From: an uncultured virus (IMG/VR IMGVR_UViG_3300048581_000043)
Lineage: Duplodnaviria > Heunggongvirae > Uroviricota > Caudoviricetes
Virus record (IMG/VR): IMGVR_UViG_3300048581_000043
Length of the DNA: 64,000 nt
Reading direction: 5' to 3' (one strand)
Under the pieces are notes generated by a model that had not been told where the DNA came from, made no database searches, and was given only the letters and a program-made list of their open reading frames with translations. Positions 17,575 to 26,488 of the stretch are shown piece after piece. The position numbers were made by a program, and so were the translations under genes. Position 1 is the first letter of the stretch. The number at the start of each line of letters is the position of its first letter.

Positions 17575-17898
17575 ATGCAACCAATAAGACGTGGATACCT
17601 TAAGTTTACTGAAGAAATGTTAAGAACTAGACTTGGTATAGTTGGTTACAATACTAGAATAGCAGATATCAGATATGATGTATCTACTAATGTTTTCAAC
17701 ATTCATCTAGTACAAGACGCCGATCAGTTTGCTTGCCATGAAGGAGACCTTCCAATGGTAGCCGAAGGAGAACAATCACCTTGTTTAAGCACCGAGTTAG
17801 CTTTCGATAGTGATTTGCATGCTATAGAAGAGGCCCTAAGGAGTCTTAAATTTAGAAATGCCAGATTACAAGTTGCAAAAGATGCGAAGAAATTTTAG
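17575..17898 (+). CDS. hypothetical protein
   Basis: 107-aa ORF within the operon. Confidence 0.65.
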   Translation: MQPIRRGYLKFTEEMLRTRLGIVGYNTRIADIRYDVSTNVFNIHLVQDADQFACHEGDLPMVAEGEQSPCLSTELAFDSDLHAIEEALRSLKFRNARLQVAKDAKKF

Positions 17899-18403
17899 AG
17901 TTGTAAGAAACACTCGTTCAACTTCAAGATAGAGCAAAACTGCAAGTCCAAAAGGAATGGTAAGAAATATGAGTACGACTTTCTTACAAGAAGAATTTGC
18001 AGGGCAAATTAATCTTCGTCTTGTTAAAGACAACCACCCCCCACTGCAATTAAATCTATTCGATGGTGAAAAAGAATCAAAGATACTATCGTGAAGTTTT
18101 ATTGAATTTAGAAAAACCGCTAAGTGGGCTTTGATGGTTAGAGAATATCAAGAAGAAGCATCGCGTAATCTCGAAGGACTATCTAAGCAGTTTGATAAAG
18201 AACAAAATATATTGTGGCCACAAAAAGAAGATTGCCTTATGATAGCCGATGAAATTCCAGAAGGTTGTGAATGGCCTTCTCGTTATCCTGGTGGTTTAAT
18301 AGACTGGGCTAGAAGAGAAGATGCTTGGCCTAAAAAGCGACTCAACAAAGATTTAAAAAAATATTCAGAATACATGGAAGGTGCATTATGAAAGTCAAAG
18401 AAA

Positions 18404-18739
18404 ATGTTTAATATTCCTCCTAATATTAAACTGCAACAAGATCCGGCTACGCCAGAATGGCATCCCGAACTCACTACTGAATTCCAAATCAAAGGAGACT
18501 TTGCTTTAGTTCCTAAATCTTTCCTGGTTGATATCAAAAAAGATCTTCAAAGGATTAAGACCTCTATTAGTCTAACGGAATGTCAAGCTATTGCCGAGGC
18601 CGTTAATAGTAGATTATCACTTAAAGCTAATAGAAAACAAAATCCAGTTCAACAACAACAAATGGAAGCTGTAGCAAAAGATTTATCTATGCAGAAACTC
18701 GTTAGCGATTTAAGAACTGATCCAAGATATAATCGATGA
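18404..18739 (+). CDS. hypothetical protein upstream of the tubulin
   Basis: stop overlaps the ATG at 18736. Confidence 0.6.
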   Translation: MFNIPPNIKLQQDPATPEWHPELTTEFQIKGDFALVPKSFLVDIKKDLQRIKTSISLTECQAIAEAVNSRLSLKANRKQNPVQQQQMEAVAKDLSMQKLVSDLRTDPRYNR

Positions 18740-20283
18740 TATATTGTCAGAAGTTAGGCACAGGTCAGTTAACAGGTCCTTGGGGTACGATCTTAACATT
18801 ACCACAGTGCCCTGCTCCTGGTTGCAAGTTTCCAAAATGTCCTAATATTGTAGATGGTCCTTATGAATCCGATATAGATATAAGTACGTTAAAAGAAATA
18901 TTTATACACTTTATTGAAACAGGACAACTAAATGTATTGACATTTGAGAAAGACAAGAGTAGTATACCAATGACTTTAGAGAGAAAGTCAGAAGTTAAAA
19001 CAGCGCAGTCGGACGCTACGCTAAATAAATTGGAGGAAGTACCAATGCTTATTGATAATTCCGTTGCAACCACCCCAGAAACAACTATTCAAGATCAAAA
19101 TCCAACAGTACCAACTAAATCCTTAGACATGGGTTTTATTGGAGTAGGTGGAGCGGGATGTAAGATTGCTGATTCGTTTGCCAGTTATGGTTATGATTCA
19201 ATGGTAATTAATACCACGGATCGAGACTATGCTCATTTAACTAATGTTCCTCAAGATGAGAATTCACGTATTCAACTGTATGCCTCTGCTGGTGGCGCTG
19301 GCAAAGATCCAGATGTTGGAATTTCTGCTGTCAACCAATATGCAAATGATATTCTAAAAAAGATTCAGATTAAGATGGGTAACAAAGAGTTCGTCTTTGT
19401 TTGTTTTGGTTTGGGGGGTGGTACTGGTTCGATTGGAGGAACTCTTGTAGCGCAAATTGCTGCTATGACTAAAGTTCCTGTGGGAGTTATTGTTACTTTA
19501 CCACGCTCTAATGAAGGAACTGATGAAAAAGTTAACTGTCTCAAAGGACTTCAAGAAATTGCTAATTGCAAAGGTATCAATGCTATCGTAGTAGTAGACA
19601 ACCAAAAGATTTCAAATAATTTAGGTGGCGTAACAGATAAGAACTTTTGGAGTACGGCTAATAGAGAAATTGTTAATCTTTTCCATCGCTTTAATACTTT
19701 GTCATCAATGCCTTCCAATACAACCTTTGATCCAGAAGATTATAAAAAATGTTTGCGTACTCCAGGTTTCTTAGTACTAGGTATTACACGTATTCCTCAA
19801 AAGACATTTATCGAATTAGTTAATAATGACTTGATTAATAATTTGCATCACTCTATTCAGGATGGATTTTTAGCAGATGGTTTTGATACTAAGAGTTCAA
19901 TTAGAGTAGCTGGCCTAATTACTAAACCGGCAGGATTTGATTATGGTCATGCTTTTGAAGAACAATTATTTGACTTCTTAAAAGGTCAAATGGGGGCAGG
20001 ATCTTTAAATAGAGGCATCTACTCTCTTGAAAGTCCTTGTGCTCCAGAGGTAGAAATTCTTACCATGTTCTCTGGTATGAAATTGCCGGAAGCACGAGTT
20101 AAGCAGTTATTCGACGAAACAAAGAATGAGGCTTCTCAAATGGCTGCTAAAGTCAATGAACGCCTTACTCAGAACGTAGATCTAGGTTTGGGAGATATCT
20201 CTGATCTTGGAAAGATTAGTGGTACTCCAACCACACAAGTAAAGTCTAATCTAAATACTAACATGCTAAAAAGACGGAGCTAA
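18736..20283 (+). CDS. tubulin/FtsZ-family GTPase (TubZ/PhuZ-like)
   Basis: IGVGGAGCKIAD, INT, GAGKDP, GLGGGTGS signature, VVDN, FDPEDY; strong internal GGAGG start at 19045. Confidence 0.92.
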   Translation: MIYCQKLGTGQLTGPWGTILTLPQCPAPGCKFPKCPNIVDGPYESDIDISTLKEIFIHFIETGQLNVLTFEKDKSSIPMTLERKSEVKTAQSDATLNKLEEVPMLIDNSVATTPETTIQDQNPTVPTKSLDMGFIGVGGAGCKIADSFASYGYDSMVINTTDRDYAHLTNVPQDENSRIQLYASAGGAGKDPDVGISAVNQYANDILKKIQIKMGNKEFVFVCFGLGGGTGSIGGTLVAQIAAMTKVPVGVIVTLPRSNEGTDEKVNCLKGLQEIANCKGINAIVVVDNQKISNNLGGVTDKNFWSTANREIVNLFHRFNTLSSMPSNTTFDPEDYKKCLRTPGFLVLGITRIPQKTFIELVNNDLINNLHHSIQDGFLADGFDTKSSIRVAGLITKPAGFDYGHAFEEQLFDFLKGQMGAGSLNRGIYSLESPCAPEVEILTMFSGMKLPEARVKQLFDETKNEASQMAAKVNERLTQNVDLGLGDISDLGKISGTPTTQVKSNLNTNMLKRRS

Positions 20284-20311
20284 GCCCTTCTCTCCCTCTC
20301 TAGCCGTCCAG

Positions 20312-20376
20312 TGCAGTTGGTGTTAGTCTTCGACCTCCAGCGAAGATTAGCTGGCTTAAATGCCAAACCAACTGCA
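20312..20376 (+). ncRNA. candidate three-way-junction sRNA with anti-SD loop
   Basis: UGCAGUUGGU/ACCAACUGCA; GUUAGUCUUCG/CGAAGAUUAGC with loop ACCUCCAG; UGGC/GCCA; G.U pairs favour the + strand. Confidence 0.6.
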
Positions 20377-20419
20377 TCCTCATTTAACGAAGTTTGTATA
20401 GAAAAGTGTTAAAATAAAT

Positions 20420-20653
20420 ATGGCACTTCAAGATGTCTACATAGCTTTAGCTAAACTTCATTTCAAACTAGATAAATGTAATAAGGGAGATCACTTCTAC
20501 CAGCAATTTCGTTATTTATTACAAACTAATGGCGAAAAGTGCTTATATCTTCCGATGATAACTAAAAATCTTCCCATCGATTTTATTAAAGAAGAACTAG
20601 AAGAGTTGCTAAAGCAGTATGAGGCTCTTAAAAATGACCACCCCCCAGTCTGA
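20420..20653 (+). CDS. hypothetical protein
   Basis: 77-aa ORF. Confidence 0.55.
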   Translation: MALQDVYIALAKLHFKLDKCNKGDHFYQQFRYLLQTNGEKCLYLPMITKNLPIDFIKEELEELLKQYEALKNDHPPV

Positions 20654-21374
20654 AAATGATATTATTATAACTGAAGAAGTTCCTAGTTTATTAAAGAAAT
20701 ATGTCGAACACTCTAATAAAGAAATTGATAACCTTCGTAAAGCTTCCTTTCAATTAAGATCATTAGAATCAGGTAGTCATGCAGGTATACCTTTGCATTG
20801 CAAGGGAAAAGTCTGCTATATGGCTGTCCATTGCCCACTTATTACCATGGGTGTTTTGGTAGAGGATATAGTTGGTCAACCATGTCCTGTAGAGATGCAT
20901 TTGATGGAAGTTTGGTCTAATAAGATAATGAATGAATTGAAGATTGATCCCAATAATTTAATTGAATCGTCTATGGCTCGTGAATTAGCTAAAGCAGAGA
21001 TTTACCAATTAAGAGTATCTAATCGTTTAGCTATGGAAGACTTTGTAGCAGATCAATGTGTAGGAGTGGACGAAAAAGGCGCTCCTGTTTATCGAAAAGA
21101 ATTACATATAGCAGCTCAGTGGGAAGATATGATTATTCGTCGTACCCTTAAAATGCGTGAAGCTTTATTAGCTACTCGTAAATCTATTGCAGATGCTGGT
21201 GCTGGCAATTCCAATAATCCAGCACTCAATTATTCTAATGCTACAAAATTAGTAGAAAAATTACGCAAAGAATCTTCTGCTAAAGCTGAAGCAGTAAGAG
21301 CCGAACTAGCAACTCCGATTGATAATGTTCAAGTAATTGAACCTATACCGGAGTCTCCAAATGTCCCAACTTGA
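20634..21374 (+). CDS. putative terminase small subunit
   Basis: C-x4-C-x5-C...CPVE followed by helical hairpins; first gene of the packaging block; function inferred. Confidence 0.45.
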   Translation: MTTPQSENDIIITEEVPSLLKKYVEHSNKEIDNLRKASFQLRSLESGSHAGIPLHCKGKVCYMAVHCPLITMGVLVEDIVGQPCPVEMHLMEVWSNKIMNELKIDPNNLIESSMARELAKAEIYQLRVSNRLAMEDFVADQCVGVDEKGAPVYRKELHIAAQWEDMIIRRTLKMREALLATRKSIADAGAGNSNNPALNYSNATKLVEKLRKESSAKAEAVRAELATPIDNVQVIEPIPESPNVPT

Positions 21375-23400
21375 TCCTTATCTTTTAGATTTATTGCATA
21401 GGGCTAATGTAGGCCAAAACCTATCTCATAAACAGTTAATAGATATTGCCCAACATAAAGATGTAAATCTTGTCGGTTTCGATATTGAAACTACTGGATT
21501 GCAATCTCCTTTAGAGGCACCTTCTCGTACTAGTGGATCTATGACCGAGTTCGCTATTCAAAGTGGCACTCAAGAAGTTCATGGATTTACTAAATATGCG
21601 AATATACCAGACTATACAAAAGCTTGGGAAGGTGCAGATAGAAATGTAGGAGTACAATTTAAATCGGCCCTTCAAAGATATATAGGTTATGAAGGCAAGT
21701 CTTATTCAGCGACAGATATACTTCATACTATTGGTTCGACATTTGCTAAAGATAAAGTCAACGTGGTTACTGGTCACAATCTAACAGCATTTGACTGGAA
21801 ATTCTTAACTACTCATCATGCTTTAGAAAGTGGTTTAATAACAGAAACTACTCTAGATAGATTTAAGAAATACGCAGCCACTAATCCGGATTCTCATGCA
21901 TTGTCTTCTTATTTTTCCAATAATATCAAGCCAGGTTGGGAAAAAGCTCAGTCGAGCGCCTTAGGTATTTTAAAACAATATGACCCGAATGTTCAATTTT
22001 TAGAGACATTAGGAGAACTTGATCCTACGGGCAAGTTTAAGTCCAGCAAATTCCCAAGACCTAATAACTTAGCAGGTCCTAGAGGCATGGTGGGGACTTA
22101 TTTACAAGAGAAGTTTCCTGGTTTACACTCTTTTTATAAAGAACATTTCATGGCCGGAGGACTTAAAGAAAAACCAGCCAATGAAGAAGCTTTTTATGCG
22201 GCTCGTAAAGGTACTACTGTAGAAGACTGGATGAAGTTTGCCGGAATGGAATTCAAAGGTAAAGCTCATGATCCTACATATGATGTAAGAAACCATCTTG
22301 CATATCTTAAAAGTCAAGAAATTAGAGGCTTAGAGGATTTAACACAAAAAGAAGCTTCTCAAAGATTTCTTTCTCATCAATCTAGTATTGCCGGACGGAC
22401 TATTAACGAGGGTAAAAGTGCAGGTTCGGTAAAACTAGGTTTAGAAATGAAAGAAATTCTTAGTACTTCTCCAAAGGTTCCTATTGAACCAGTCGCTGAG
22501 TGGTGGAAAGGTATTACAAAAGCTCCTCTTCATACTAAAATTATGATAGGTGGGGCAGGAGCATTATTAGCCTATGCCGGATTTAGGTTATTAACTTCCG
22601 GATTTGATGAACCTCAAAAACAAGAAGGTCTTCATCCTGGAAATGGTGGTTATGCAACCGGAATCATAAGGAACAATACAGACTTTGGTTCTGGTTATAA
22701 AGGTCTAAAAAATACTATTAAAACGGCGTTTGACCTAGTATCTTCTGGCGAAAAATCAGTAGTCAAAGTTAGCAATCCTGGTATTATCATGTTAGAAAAA
22801 CATCTTGATAATCCAGAAACAATAAATGAGTTACGTCTTCAAGGTTTCTCAAAGGGGCATGCTTCTATTAAAATGTCTCCCGCAGGAGTGCATGAAGGTG
22901 ATGCTTGGTTAGGTTTAGAACATGATGCAATCAAGAGCGACTATCAATTAGGCGCCGAACCAATTAAAAAAGGTTCCAAACAACTGTTAAGAGATAGTCC
23001 CGGAACTCTCAGTGATAAGACAGGATTCATCTCTAAAGAGAAAGTCAATATAGGAGGTCAAAGGGGCCATATCTTTATTCCTAAAGGACAGAAAGCAAAA
23101 GATCTCTTTGGTTTCGATGATAGTCCTTCATGGGCAGAAGACTTACGAAATGCTGAAAGTGTTACATTTAGAAATAGTGAGACCGAGTACGTCAAGACTC
23201 AACGTTTATTAAATGAGTTAAATGCTACATCAAATACTGAACATGGTACTTTTCATATAAAAATGCCTCAAGTCCGTGTTCCTCAAGCTCCAATGTCTGT
23301 TTCTCAGACTTTACGAGAACAACAAACTGCCGGTCTAGTTAACATTGTATTAGAACAGAACGGTAGAGGGCATCATATTCATCAGAATAAAGCATTCTAA
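21361..23400 (+). CDS. DEDDh 3'-5' exonuclease-domain protein with central hydrophobic segment
   Basis: ExoI FDIETTG, ExoII GHNLTAFD, ExoIII AHDPTYDV; IMIGGAGALLAYAGFRLL; TDFGSGY. Confidence 0.75.
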   Translation: MSQLDPYLLDLLHRANVGQNLSHKQLIDIAQHKDVNLVGFDIETTGLQSPLEAPSRTSGSMTEFAIQSGTQEVHGFTKYANIPDYTKAWEGADRNVGVQFKSALQRYIGYEGKSYSATDILHTIGSTFAKDKVNVVTGHNLTAFDWKFLTTHHALESGLITETTLDRFKKYAATNPDSHALSSYFSNNIKPGWEKAQSSALGILKQYDPNVQFLETLGELDPTGKFKSSKFPRPNNLAGPRGMVGTYLQEKFPGLHSFYKEHFMAGGLKEKPANEEAFYAARKGTTVEDWMKFAGMEFKGKAHDPTYDVRNHLAYLKSQEIRGLEDLTQKEASQRFLSHQSSIAGRTINEGKSAGSVKLGLEMKEILSTSPKVPIEPVAEWWKGITKAPLHTKIMIGGAGALLAYAGFRLLTSGFDEPQKQEGLHPGNGGYATGIIRNNTDFGSGYKGLKNTIKTAFDLVSSGEKSVVKVSNPGIIMLEKHLDNPETINELRLQGFSKGHASIKMSPAGVHEGDAWLGLEHDAIKSDYQLGAEPIKKGSKQLLRDSPGTLSDKTGFISKEKVNIGGQRGHIFIPKGQKAKDLFGFDDSPSWAEDLRNAESVTFRNSETEYVKTQRLLNELNATSNTEHGTFHIKMPQVRVPQAPMSVSQTLREQQTAGLVNIVLEQNGRGHHIHQNKAF

Positions 23401-23417
23401 AAACTGTTAGAATTTCA

Positions 23418-24002
23418 TTGAAAAGTTATGCAAAAACACTTTATTCAAGGCCCCAGATGAAACGTCGTCAAAATTATCATAATGGCGCTAAAGAGGCACC
23501 TTGCATGGATTGTAAAAAAGTCTATCCAAGAACTGAAGAATTCTTTTATACTACTCCCATAAAGAATGGGTTTGCATTAGACCTAACTTGTAAAAAATGT
23601 AGAATTGCTTCTCACATTCTTTATAAAGACAGAAGTAGAGAATATAAAGACAAGTACAATATATACCAAGCTTCTAGATCAAAGTCTAATAAAGCAAGAA
23701 AACTTAGAATTAAGATAGATCTTAAAAGGAAAAACTTGAAGCCAGAACAATATGACGAACTTTTAACTAAACAAAATAATCGCTGTGCTGGCTGTGGAAG
23801 ATTTGCTGCCTCCTTCAAAAGACGACTTGCAGTAGATCATGACCATAGTTGTTGCCCAACAACCAGAAAGAGTTGCGGCAAATGTATTCGTGGATTGCTT
23901 TGTAATGATTGCAACGTAGCGCTGGATCATTTAAGAGATAGTGTTTCAACTTTAAAATCCCTAATTGCTTACTTGGAATTTTATCATGAAAACAAACTTT
24001 AA
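23418..24002 (+). CDS. endonuclease VII-like HNH nuclease
   Basis: CAGC...LAVDHDH...IRGLLCNDCN. Confidence 0.85.
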   Translation: MKSYAKTLYSRPQMKRRQNYHNGAKEAPCMDCKKVYPRTEEFFYTTPIKNGFALDLTCKKCRIASHILYKDRSREYKDKYNIYQASRSKSNKARKLRIKIDLKRKNLKPEQYDELLTKQNNRCAGCGRFAASFKRRLAVDHDHSCCPTTRKSCGKCIRGLLCNDCNVALDHLRDSVSTLKSLIAYLEFYHENKL

Positions 24003-24384
24003 ACAAGGGCCTGCATTAGAGCTCCCAGAACCTTTAAATAAAGATTTCTTTAGGAGTTCATGGGAAAGAAATATTGCAAGACTATTATACTTTCTTAATA
24101 TTTCTTATAGATATGAAGTGCATAGATTCTGGTTTGATGGTACGCATTCCTATTTGCCAGACTTTAGATTAGACTCTGCTAATCCTTGGAATGTCAAATG
24201 GTTAGAAGTTAAGGGAAAATGGAACAAGGGTGATAAAACGCGTCTGCGTTTATTTGCTCACTTTGAACCCAAAGAGACTTTTCATGTTCTCTTAAAAGAT
24301 GAATACTTAGTTTTAGAGAAACAATACAAAGATAAAATTCCTCACTGGGAATGTAGAATTAGAAAAGCCAGAGGGAAAAAATAA
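23986..24384 (+). CDS. PD-(D/E)XK nuclease
   Basis: FRSSWE...YE...YLPDF...LEVKG. Confidence 0.85.
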   Translation: MKTNFKQGPALELPEPLNKDFFRSSWERNIARLLYFLNISYRYEVHRFWFDGTHSYLPDFRLDSANPWNVKWLEVKGKWNKGDKTRLRLFAHFEPKETFHVLLKDEYLVLEKQYKDKIPHWECRIRKARGKK

Positions 24385-24399
24385 AAGGGAGAAATAGAA

Positions 24400-24585
24400 A
24401 TGGCCGAGAAACATTGGATGGAAAAGATGCACATGAAGAAGGGTGCCTTTTCTGCTAAGGCAAAGAAAGCAGGTATGTCAACTGCCGCTTATGCTGCCAA
24501 AGAAACTAAGAGTGGTAGTCATGCTTCTTCTAAGACTAAGAAGCAAGCTACTCTTGCTAAAACATTTGCAAAGGCTCGTCACTAA
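24400..24585 (+). CDS. small Lys/Ala-rich basic protein
   Basis: KKGAFSAKAKKAGMS...ATLAKTFAK; GGGAG RBS. Confidence 0.7.
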   Translation: MAEKHWMEKMHMKKGAFSAKAKKAGMSTAAYAAKETKSGSHASSKTKKQATLAKTFAKARH

Positions 24586-24707
24586 TGCTTACATTACAAC
24601 CTAGTAATGCTTTATTAAGGTTGGCAGCTACTACTGAAACTGCCAAGAAACCTTCTTTTAAATCTAAGTCTAAACCCAAGTCTAAACCTAAAGGAAAAAA
24701 GAAATGA
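24585..24707 (+). CDS. small basic peptide (not in track)
   Basis: TAATG and ATGA coupling on both sides; ends KSKSKPKSKPKGKKK. Confidence 0.55.
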   Translation: MLTLQPSNALLRLAATTETAKKPSFKSKSKPKSKPKGKKK

Positions 24708-24901
24708 AGAGTATTCCTATCAAGGTTCCTACCGTTGATCTGAGTTCTTTGGCAAAACAAAGTTCTCAGAATTCTAATAAAGGATTTCCGGGTTTTGGTA
24801 GAGAAGGACTTGTGGATCTTCCTCCTAACAAGCAGCACGGAAATAGACCTAATAACACTGCTTTTAACCAAGTAGTAACTAATGCAATGAAAGGTAAATA
24901 A
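24704..24901 (+). CDS. hypothetical protein
   Basis: coupled ORF; AAGGA RBS. Confidence 0.6.
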   Translation: MKSIPIKVPTVDLSSLAKQSSQNSNKGFPGFGREGLVDLPPNKQHGNRPNNTAFNQVVTNAMKGK

Positions 24902-25434
24902 TGCCTTACTTTGATTCTGATAATACTGATTCAGCCTCTAAAGAATTAATGGCTGCAGGATTTTCAGCCTTTGGCGCATTTATGGCTACGCCATGGGGAA
25001 CAGAGTTAGGCTTAAGTGCTTTGTCATATGGAGCAAAGAGTGCATGGTGGGGGGTTAAAACTGCAGGCAAAGTTGCCAAGACAGTAACTCCTCCACTAGC
25101 ACGAGGACTCTTAAGAACTGTTGATCGAGGTGTAGTCCCGGTTGGGAAAACAGTTGGTCAGCAAGTTTTTCGAAGAGGTAGGGAAGCAATTGGCGGTACA
25201 GTCAAAGCAGGACTAAGTGGTATATCCTGGGTCTACAATCACCCTATGTATGCACCACTTCTTGCAGGAGCAGCTGGAGCAGGTCTAGCTTCTTTTGAAA
25301 ACCGTCCCGCAGGTGTAAGTATGAATGCTTATAACGCTACAGATGTTATGGGTGGAACTTCTAATACTTCTCAATTAATGAGTGAGATGAATGCAACCGG
25401 AAATATCGTCTTTGGTTTGAATAATCGTCGTTAG
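24901..25434 (+). CDS. Gly/Ala-rich protein, possibly virion-internal
   Basis: amphipathic/hydrophobic segments; lies in the packaging block. Confidence 0.65.
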   Translation: MPYFDSDNTDSASKELMAAGFSAFGAFMATPWGTELGLSALSYGAKSAWWGVKTAGKVAKTVTPPLARGLLRTVDRGVVPVGKTVGQQVFRRGREAIGGTVKAGLSGISWVYNHPMYAPLLAGAAGAGLASFENRPAGVSMNAYNATDVMGGTSNTSQLMSEMNATGNIVFGLNNRR

Positions 25435-25445
25435 AAAAGAGAGTT

Positions 25446-26129
25446 ATGGCTTCATCATATAATCAATATGACGATCAGGGTTCAAGTGGTATGAAACAAG
25501 CCTCTGGAGGCATGGGCATACTTCTTTGGGCTGGTGCTGACTTTGCTCTCGATTATGCTTATTCGAAAATAAGAAAGAATCTCCAAAATCCTACAGGTTT
25601 TGCTGGGATGAATAAGGGCCTCGTTAAAGGAATGGAAAAATCCAAACAAGCAGGATGGCTTAATTGGAAAAATGATTATCGTAAAATGAGGGGCCAAGCT
25701 CCCATTAACACAAAAGGACGTACCGATAAGTTTTTAAACAACTACTATGATAGCAAAGTTGAACATGAAGTATTTAATGACAGTTTTAAACTCAAAGAAG
25801 GCGAAGAAGTAGCCAAGACCTTAACTCGTTCTGAGTTTATGGGTGCGGCTCGTAGTGCTTATACTAAAACACAGGTCATGAAGAAGTTTTATAAGTTAGC
25901 TCAATTTAGTCAAACCATGTGGCTAGCTCCGATGCTCTTTGGTGCAACCTATCATGGGTTTAAGGGAATGCAAAAGTTAGGAATGAATCTAGGACGACCT
26001 GAATTAGGTGGGCATCTTACATTCACAGCTTTGGCAGCAACAGATAGAATGAGATCCATGCAAGCTCTTGCTAACAGCGAATTCTCTGCGAGACGTTCAC
26101 TGGGCAATGAAGCTGCTATGTACTCATAA
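25446..26129 (+). CDS. hypothetical protein, possibly virion-internal
   Basis: C-terminal AATDR-x-RSMQA...ARRSLGNEA. Confidence 0.65.
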   Translation: MASSYNQYDDQGSSGMKQASGGMGILLWAGADFALDYAYSKIRKNLQNPTGFAGMNKGLVKGMEKSKQAGWLNWKNDYRKMRGQAPINTKGRTDKFLNNYYDSKVEHEVFNDSFKLKEGEEVAKTLTRSEFMGAARSAYTKTQVMKKFYKLAQFSQTMWLAPMLFGATYHGFKGMQKLGMNLGRPELGGHLTFTALAATDRMRSMQALANSEFSARRSLGNEAAMYS

Positions 26130-26149
26130 AATAACAAGGAGATGCTTTA

Positions 26150-26485
26150 ATGGAAATCACGATACAGACCGACATGACTGCTGAAGGCACTAAGGTTACC
26201 GCAGATGGCAAAGCTATTAAAAAAATCGAAGGTGTAAGTTTTCAATTATATGAAACCAGTGATTACGATTCCTTGACTCAAGCTTTTGGTGAACCTTACT
26301 CAGTAATCTGCTGCCATATCCGTACTCAAGAAACAGATGAAGAAGGTGTTGAGCGCGAAATCAACTATGAGTTCGAAAAACACGGAGATACTGTAGTGAA
26401 AGACGCCAAGACAGATGGTGGAAAACTTTCAGTGCAAGATGCAGTAAATGCCCTTATGGGTCAGATGGGTTCAAGAAAGTACTAA
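26150..26485 (+). CDS. acidic hypothetical protein
   Basis: AAGGAG RBS. Confidence 0.7.
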   Translation: MEITIQTDMTAEGTKVTADGKAIKKIEGVSFQLYETSDYDSLTQAFGEPYSVICCHIRTQETDEEGVEREINYEFEKHGDTVVKDAKTDGGKLSVQDAVNALMGQMGSRKY

Positions 26486-26488
26486 ACA

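Noticed and set aside
17882..17956. TAG readthrough at 17930 joining MRRNFRVV to the QLNLF ORF
   Set aside because: Single instance with no supporting homology; could be chance
18736..20283. Host ftsZ implying a bacterial chromosome
   Set aside because: Phage context, no dcw genes and a divergent T7 loop (FDPEDY rather than NxDFAD)
23418..24002. Intron-encoded homing endonuclease
   Set aside because: Flanking genes look complete and no group I core was seen; treated as free-standing
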